Origin: Priapulus caudatus | Lineage: Eukaryota | Assembly: GCF_000485595.1 (NCBI RefSeq) | Contig: NW_014577092.1 | Location: forward strand, 416,200-480,199 | Direction of reading: 5' to 3' | Length of the DNA stretch: 64,000 nucleotides | Part shown: piece by piece, positions 55,275 through 64,000 of the stretch | How positions within the stretch are numbered: the stretch's first letter is position 1 | Layout: the number at the start of each line of letters is the position of its first letter | Program-made: the position numbers and the translations under genes | Notes under the pieces: model-generated | The model's input: only the letters and a program-made list of their open reading frames with translations | Told to the model about the DNA's origin: nothing | Database searches by the model: none

Positions 55275-58200
55275 TCGGACTGACGAACTAAGTCACGATC
55301 ACAACGATCACGGATTCACCCACTCACCAGTCAGATGAGCTTCTATTCAGCTTCAGCGGTCACTCAGGGGATCACTCATTACTCACGGTCACTGTTCTCT
55401 CGACGTCCGTCTTTTGTTCACGCTCTCACTCCCACACTGCTTGCCTTTCAAGAAAGGCTGTATGAGTGTCTCGACTAGTTCAGCTCATAACTAAGACCAG
55501 AGGGCATCCCGGAGATGGCATACTCCGCAGATTGAGATGTAGTTACGAGCGAGTTCGGCGCGCTCGCTGCGGCTCCGCTGGAACGCTCACATCACCACTC
55601 CGTCAATCACGCGACTCACTCACTCGCAACTGCTGCTCAACACACACTCACACTCACAGCACTCACACAACACACACCAAGCGCGCACTCGCTGGTGGGC
55701 CGGCTGGCTGACTCCCTGCGCACTTGCTGTCTTTTCACTTTCACACACTGATACTGTTAATCACATATCTCATTTGCGCGACACCCCACACGTACCACAA
55801 TTGCTCTGACTCGCGGGCCTCAGACGACACCGCATGACCACACGCACAGCACACGAACGCACGACGCACTCGATAGCACCCGCATCCGAATTTTTTGACA
55901 TATTATCAATTTTGTCATATATTTTGATTCCCGCGGTGCCGCAGCGCACACGCACACGACGGACTGACCGGACAGCACACGACACGCACAGCAACTCACA
56001 CATCACACGCACGCACCACTTGTACTTATCATACATCTACCCACACGCATCAGCGCACGTGCGCACACAGCACACAGCACACACAACACACCACTAAATC
56101 ACACAAACCGCATTACATACGCTCACGACCACTCGGAACTCACATTACTCAGGCACTCCACTCATTTGGTTTCTTTGTGGGCGAGAGAGTGCAGACGTAA
56201 ATAACGACAGCCGGGCACAAGACACTCAATCGCATCGAGAAGCTCACTGACATCATCAACTATTCACTCACATTTAGCATTCGAGATACTCCCACTTACT
56301 CACACTTCGCTCCAGGAAGCACCCTTCGTAACCACTCAAGCCCAGAATCTGTCGGCAGGTGACGTACTGCGGTCACGGGTGTAGCAGTCGCTGTGTAGTG
56401 AGGTGTGTGTGCACTCGCCCACACTCGCGACGCCGTGGGCATGTGGGCATGTGGGGGTGTGCGTGGCGTGCCCCCGACGGGACCTCGCACACTGACACGC
56501 GTGCGTCGTGCGTGCGTGTGTGGCGCGTGTGTGTGTCGTGTGGTGTGTGTGTGTTCTACGATGCCGCAGCATGGCTCCACACGCACCGCGATCTGTGTCG
56601 CGGCGGCACGCACGACGCATAGACTCACACAACACCCCCTAGCACACACAGCGCACCCAGCACGCAACGCACGCACGACCACAACGCAGCTGCACACACT
56701 AAGCATCAGTCACTCATCACTCCTCGCCTCATCACCACCTCACTTCACACGACATCAGAGCGAACGCACTTACACTGGTCGCCCCAGGCATCTGCACACA
56801 GCGACACAATCATATACGTACAGCACGACCACTATCAACCCTTCACCTAACACTATCGCGCGAGCCTCGCTGCGATCGTGTATAGCGCAGGTGAGTCATC
56901 CGTCGCCGACGGTTAGTGTAATCTATGCTCATCAACACGACGCAGCCGTACGACTGCGCGTGACAGCGCATGCTCGCCGCTTGGCTACTACGAGGGCCCG
57001 CTTGAGGTTTGACTGAGAAGCTGCCTGATAGGGTCTCGCATCGACGCACGCACGCGCTCACCGCACGGCACGCGCTCGCACGACGCGCATCGCAACGCGC
57101 TCGTATGTACGCGTGCAATCGGCCCGACGTAACGCGCATCGTTTATAAGCTTCGTCAGGGAATGCTCCTTCGCGCGCGCGCTCTCTTTCTCTGTCCTCTC
57201 ATCTCTCTCTCTCTCTCCCGATCTCCCCCCCTCTCTCCCGATCTCCCTCCTCGCTTTTTTCATCGTTCTGTCTTCTTCTCCTCTCTCTCTCATCTATATG
57301 CTTCTCACTCACTCTCTCTCTTCTCTCTGCTCGTCTCTCATCTTCTCTCTCTCTCTCTCTCTCTCTCGCTCGGTCGCTTTCTGTCTCTCTTCATGCGCCT
57401 CTCTCTCGGGTCTCTATCTCTCTGTTTCTTATCCATCCTAGCTATTCTACTCCTCGCCTCGGCGCTTCATCTCTCTCGGTGCTCACGGTGCTTAGCTCGC
57501 TCTCGCTGTCTCTCTCTATCAGTCGGTTTGTGGACCCCGCGTGATGGGCAATCCATACGAAAATCTGATCTGCCTGCGTCCCGCACGCTCTGCACGCTTG
57601 CACATCGACACACTCAGCGTGCACTCCGCCTCGCGCTGCCCGACTTGGGTATATCCGGCACAATTCAATATTATGCAACACAAGTATTAAGGTAACCCGG
57701 CGGGGCCATTTGTGATATAATCTGCGCGCACCGTAGCGTGAAACGCGCTTATCCCACGCGACTTACTACACACACAGTGGGCCAAAAACGGCAAGCGTAC
57801 GAAACGAAGCGAGACGAGAGAATCGGGCGTACGTCAGCGGTGCGGCTGGGATGTAGTAACGAACGCTGCCGTCCGCCGCGCTGCCACACAGCACCGTCAC
57901 GCCGAACGCCGCCACCAGCGTGCTGGCAATTTAACTTGCGGATCGCGGAATCGGCCAGTATCCGAGAGTGACGCGCGCGGCCACTGCGCGCGCGCCTACG
58001 TCCGTCTTTTATTGTCCTCGGAACAGGCGCAAATAAACGCGCTTTCGACATAATTCCGCTGCGCGGTCTTAGTGACAGGGTTATAGCGGAGTGGGGCAAA
58101 GGCGAGGAGGGAGAGAATAAGAGAGAGGAGAGAGGGGAGAGAAATCGGTGTCCCATCGTTTGACAGGGATTCAGATAGGTGGAGAACGCACAGAGCGGCG

Positions 58201-58823
58201 GGCGGATCGAGATAGTGATATGGATTACGTAGAAGAGGGGAAAGAGGGAAGAGGCAAAATTGGGACAAGGGGATGGTAGAGACACGATAGGCGAGAAGAG
58301 GAGCAGCGAGACGATGGTGAAAGCGATGCGATGGAGAGGAGGCGAGCGAGAGGAGAGAGCGAGAGCGGTCAGGAGGAGGATCGAGAGATCGGACGAGAAG
58401 CCGCAGATAGAGAAAGAGAAGTTAGGAAAGGACATCAGGCGTAGCGAGAGAGAGGAGAAGAAGAGAGAGAGAGGAAGAAGAGAGAGGAGAGAGAGGTGAT
58501 GGGGGGGAAAGAGAGGAGGAAGAAAAGCGCAAGCGAGAGAGATAGAGGGAGAGAGAGGATATGCGAACAGACAGAGAAAGGGAGCAGTAGATGGGCGACG
58601 CGGAAGAAGGAGACAGGGAAGAGGGGAGAGAAGAGAGGGAGGTACAGGGAAGAGAGAGAGTGCGAGAGGAGAAGCGAGAGAGAGGGAAAGGGAAGAGGGG
58701 GGGGAGGCGAGCGCGAGCGCGAGGGCGAGGGACGAGAGATACGGGACAATGATAAGGAGCGCGTGGCGAGTACGAGGGAGAAGGCTTGGATCGAGAGATG
58801 AGAGGAGAGAGAGAGAGAGAGAG

Positions 58824-58857
<34 letters not shown>

Positions 58858-60039
58858 GAGAGAGAGATAGAGTTGCTACATCTTTCTAGCTGAGAGGTGT
58901 TAGATCTAGCAGCGAGCAGTGCCGAGTGAAGGCAGCTAGCTCTGGGCAGTCGCTATTACTCATGGCGGGGCGGCGTGTAATAGTTGATTTCGGAGGCCGT
59001 GTGATGTACGATGCGGTCGCTTTCGGATACCAGCGCTCGTCGAGTCGGGCGAGCTTCTTGCGGGCGCTGCATAACCATTAGTCACGAGCAAAGCGTACGT
59101 AGTGCATGTCACTTCGCGATAAGCGCGGCGGCAGCTTGTATATACGACCGGCAGCTAAGGCAACCGTAAAAGCTATATGTAAAGCGAGCGATCATCCACT
59201 CGCAGATGTAGAAGTAGCTGACTATTATAATGGTCGGGCTATATATTTGGGCCTTGATTAGGATTCTAACCTATATAACCGCTGAGCGTGGATTCCGCTG
59301 CTGACAAGGGGCCACTATAATTAAATCGATCCTCGCGCGACGTGGCACTATACACCGTTTGGCCCGGCTGTGGTATATAGTATTGTACGATTATATCATA
59401 TATATAGTTTATATTTGCGGTATGGCAGGATCGCAGAAAATCTATGAGCGGATCTAGCATCTGTGCGTATATATATAGCGTCGTAATAAGTCAGCCGGAG
59501 CCCGATTCATCAACAGGCAACAGCAGCAGCTAGGCAGTAGCAGCAAGCAAGTAGCAGCAGCAGTAGCAGTATGCAGCAGCAAGTAGTAGTAGTAGTAACG
59601 AAGTAAGTAGTAGTTTAGGTAGTAGATAGTAGTGAGTAGAGGTAGTAGCAGACAGGAGCAACAGCACGCAGCAGAGCAGCCAGCAGCAGAGTAGGAGAGG
59701 GAGCAGCACAGCAGCATAGCAGCAGCAGTAGTAGTAGTATAGCAGCAGCAGGCAGCAGCAGTATAGTCAGCTGCTGAGCAAGGCACAAGCAGCAACAACA
59801 GCAGCAGCAGCACAGAACAGCAGCAGCACAGCGTGGAGGAGGAGGGGCGATGTCACCATGCTCTCTACTAACATGCAGGAATTTCAGCCGGGAGGGTGTA
59901 ACCCACATCTACTACTGAGCAGGAACGTTTCACGTGATACGAGTAGGAAACACTGCCGGATTAGGCCGGCAGAGCAACCTGTTATCTCCCCACATGAGAA
60001 ATAGGCTGAACCTATCGTAGTTGGATTAGAAAACGCGAA

Positions 60040-60071
<32 letters not shown>

Positions 60072-61888
60072 CGAGAAGAGAGAGAGAGAGATATGCAGAC
60101 ACACCACAAGCACACACGCACAACAACGCAGCGCCAGCCACGACGCACGCAGCACGCGCACCCGCCAGCGCGACGCTACACCGCACTACGGCACACGCAC
60201 CCGCACACGCACGACACACACACCCACATCCTCCAGATTGGGGCACTCCTCCCACACACACAGCGAGAGAGAGAGCTCATAACGCTGACATATGACATAG
60301 GGCCGGCTAGAGCCCTAACGAATCCTACGCGATCGCAGTAGCTGCATACTTTGGCCTAACGTGAAGGCCAGCTAACGCTGACGTAATACGCAATCCTACT
60401 CGATCGTATGTTATATATCTTCGTGGGTAATATATGGATTTATATATGAGGTATATATAGTATATATATTATCCTTTAGTAGGCTACATATCCTATCTTA
60501 GGCACATATCCATCCACGGCTATTATATATATATATATATTATATTTCTATTAATATAAAATGCACTTTAGTAAGTCGTACCTATCTGAATGGTAGGCTT
60601 TAGATCGCCTGCTGTAGTACAGGTCTATATATCCCTGTTAGTAGGAATACATACTATTCGTAGGTGATATATCCCGGCTGTTGGTCGCCATCGCGGCTAT
60701 AATATATCATTCGTGGATAAAAGCTTGTACATATGAGACATTACTCTAAGGCCATGTACTGTAACTCTGTAACTCTACCTATCGTAGACGTCTAACAAGG
60801 CTTGACCGCCAACATTTACCCCTAAGCGTTATGTATAGCTGCTACAACTATCGTAGATTCTATACAAGGCTTGACCATATAGACATTACTCGAGCGCACG
60901 GTCACGTGATGTATACTCTACCTATCGTAGATTCTACACAAGGCTTGACGGTAAACATTACCTAGTCATTATGTAACTGAGACCTTTTATCGTAAGACTC
61001 TATACAGGCTTGACCATAGACATTACCCTACGCTAGGTGTGCATCCTCTGTACTATCCGTAGACTCTATTACCGAGGCTTGACCATAGACATTACCCTAC
61101 GCTTTATGATCTCACTCTAATCGTAGATCTATACAAGGCTTGAGCATTGGAACATTACCTAGCCTCTTATGTATTACATCTCGACTCTCTCTGTCGTAGA
61201 TTCTATACAAGGCTAGACCGTAAACGATTAAAACCAAGCCAGTATAGCTCTTTCCCCATGCGTCGATTCTATCAGCCGGGATGTAGACTCACTAGGCGCC
61301 CACTACGATGCGCTGCACCTCATCTGGGAGCCTCGCGCCCGCATGTAAGAGCTGCGCTTACTGCTGCTGCTGCTGCTGCGGCTGCTGCTGCGCTGTCTTA
61401 ACAGCGTCGCTAGCTAATAGACGCTACGTACGCTTGCCATCAGCGCCGGCCCCACGTTATGTGAAGCGCGCTTGCAAATGGCAGGCACACAGGCGCGGTT
61501 CGTCCCCACGGCAGCGGGTAGGGAGGCAGGAGGCTGCGTGTGCGGCAATCATCGAACTCATTACGCCGAGACACTAACAGCGCAGCCGGCGTCCAATCAG
61601 CATCGCGCGGCGTCAGTCTTACTACTGCGGTGACGAGTCGTGAGACACGCACGCGCGCCCGGCCGCCACGCACCGCACACACGGGGGCACGCACGCCACG
61701 ACAATGCACACTCCGCCAGCACTCATGCAAGCACGTACATATTCATTATATATAATAATATAATTACTTATATATAGAGAGAGAGAGAGATTAAAGAGAG
61801 AGAGAGAGAGCGAGAGAGAGAGAAAGAGAGAGGAGAGAGAGAGAAGAGATGAGAGAGACGAGCAGAGAGGAGAGAGCGAGCAGAGAGC

Positions 61889-61930
<42 letters not shown>

Positions 61931-64000
61931 ACACGTACTTTCACTCGCTCCACAATTCCTCCTCTCTCTCTCTCTCTCTCTCCCTCTCTTTTCGCGCTCA
62001 GTCTTTCTTTCTCCTCTCTCAACGCGCATCTCTCGCCTTTGGCATGTCGACATGTAATGCATGACCCCACCACCCCTTCTCTAGATCGCCAGACAAATCC
62101 GTACCGTCGCAGGCCAATCAGATCGGTGATCCAACCTGCGGTCGCCACGTGGGAACTTGTTAACATGCGCCACGTCAGCGATTAGTCAACTACCACTCTC
62201 TCTAAGCTGGGAGCGCTGCATGGGGAGGGGAGGGAGCCTGTGTGGGGAGGGGAGGGAGCCTGCATTGACGAGGGTAGGGAGTCCTGCGTGGGGAGGGGAG
62301 GGCCTGCGCTTGATGCTGGGGGGGGGGGCAATCACGGCTGCCGGAGGTAAGTGCGGGTTCGCATCGGTAAGATTCTCGTGCCCCTTGGTACTAAGCGTAA
62401 CCTATACTGCTGGCCACAGGGTTTGGTGCGTGAAACTCCGCATGAGTAGACTGAGACCAGCATCTCGTCTCTCTATGCTATTTCTGATCGGCATGCCTCG
62501 GCGCAGCAGACGAGAAATTACGGGCGAAGGAGCGCATAAGATCATTCCTGGAGCTATACAACTAATATGGCATCCGCCGTGCTTGCATGAAGTTTGCGGC
62601 AAAAATGACAGCGGTGGAATAGTAACCAATTTCGCAACAATGAAGGTTGACAGGAGGGGAGAGGGAGACGTCCGCGAGAGAAGGGGAAGGCGAGAGAGAG
62701 AGATGAGAGAGAGAGAGAGAGGGGGGGGTGGAGAGGGGGCACAGATTATGCATTCCCTTTTTTCCCTTTTTAAGGCCCCAAGAAATTTTTTTAAGACCTA
62801 CCGAGGAAAAAAGAATTCCTCGATTAAGAAGTGAATATACGAGGCGTGTGTACGTTCGTCGCGCGGGAGTTGCGTGTGCGTGCGTGTGTGTGTGTGTGTG
62901 TGTGGGTGCGTGCGTGCGTGCCCGTGCGCGGCGCCGCGTAATATTTGTGCGTGCGCGTGTGTGCGCGTCCGTCCTCGCTCCCTCCCTCCACATCATGCGC
63001 GCTCCGCTGCCAAACCACAGCCTCCCCCGGCGAAGCTGCAGCGGCAACGTGTACCGAGTTAACTCGTCACGTGCGCGTCAGCGCGCCACGCGATCTGCTC
63101 ACTTTGTTGTTTCACTCGGCGGCCCCATCGCCACGTAAAGCGCTCCCCCTCCGCTCAATTAGCCGCGCAGCGCTCCGCACTGTCCGCGCACCTGAAAAAT
63201 CCAATAGCTCCTTCATCAGCGATCGCACAACAACATCCACCGCGCCTGATGTAGCAGTGCATGCAAAATCGATCATCTCTCGTATGTGCGTGCGTGTGTG
63301 TGCAGCTAGGCTGCGCGCTCCGCTAATGCGCTTATTACTAATAAATGGTTGGAGTCGAATCATACGCTTGCTTGAAAGACGACGGAGGCATGTGGGCATT
63401 ATATGATATTTATATATATATTATTATATATATATATATATACAACTAATGATAATAATATATCATAGTAAATATACATATACATGTATACCATATAACA
63501 TAGTACATGATACCATTAGTACACTTTCATTCCGTACACTTTCAGCTGTATTCGCCCGCCATACAGTCGCACGTTGACAACGTTTACGCGGACTGTATAC
63601 GCAGGTTGTACGTGACGCAGATGCAACGTGAACGCAGATGCAACAAAACATGGGGCATCGAGAATCCGTATATACACATTCCGTAGTACACGACGTCTTT
63701 CCTATTCATTTAGTATATGACACGCGCGCCTTGTTTACGCGGGGGCTCGCGAGCGACGCCCTCAATTCGCTCTAGATCTATGCGCGACGTCGCCCCAGTA
63801 GCACGCGCCACAGTCCTTTAGCGAGAGGCGGGCGCCTTATGAATGTAAGAGACCAGCATGTTGACTGTATAAGCGGCATACTCTCGAAGTATAAGGCATT
63901 AAAAACGAAGACGCTCGAACCGTGTGGCATTATCAGTATATAGTCATAAAATGTGGGGGGCATTTCAGTATAAGGGGCACTATCAGTATAGGAACATTGA
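55275..64000 (+). repeat. Indel-rich copy of 34185-42345
   Basis: Colinear throughout, with differences dominated by 1-2 nt indels. It starts just after a 25-N gap. Confidence 0.9.

Overview
Eukaryotic, probably invertebrate metazoan, genomic DNA. It is almost entirely non-coding and dense in microsatellites, minisatellites and small non-autonomous DNA transposons. The only well-supported coding feature is a 99-nt minus-strand internal exon (390-488) of a Polycomb-group RING finger gene of the BMI1/Psc class (RAWUL domain). Nearly all other ORFs in the track are translations of simple repeats. Several multi-kb segments are repeated as indel-riddled copies next to short N gaps, which looks like gap filling with uncorrected long reads. 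One 2.6-kb segment is duplicated almost exactly. The most interesting signal is a transposon family with termini CAAGAGCTAATAATACC and 7-bp target-site duplications (TSDs). It occurs as two 92-bp ends in an inside-out order that split a Harbinger-like MITE, and as two independent 42-bp 17+8+17 remnants that match the known P-element excision footprint. A three-member MITE nest with 5-bp and CTG TSDs is also resolvable at 42.9-47.1 kb.
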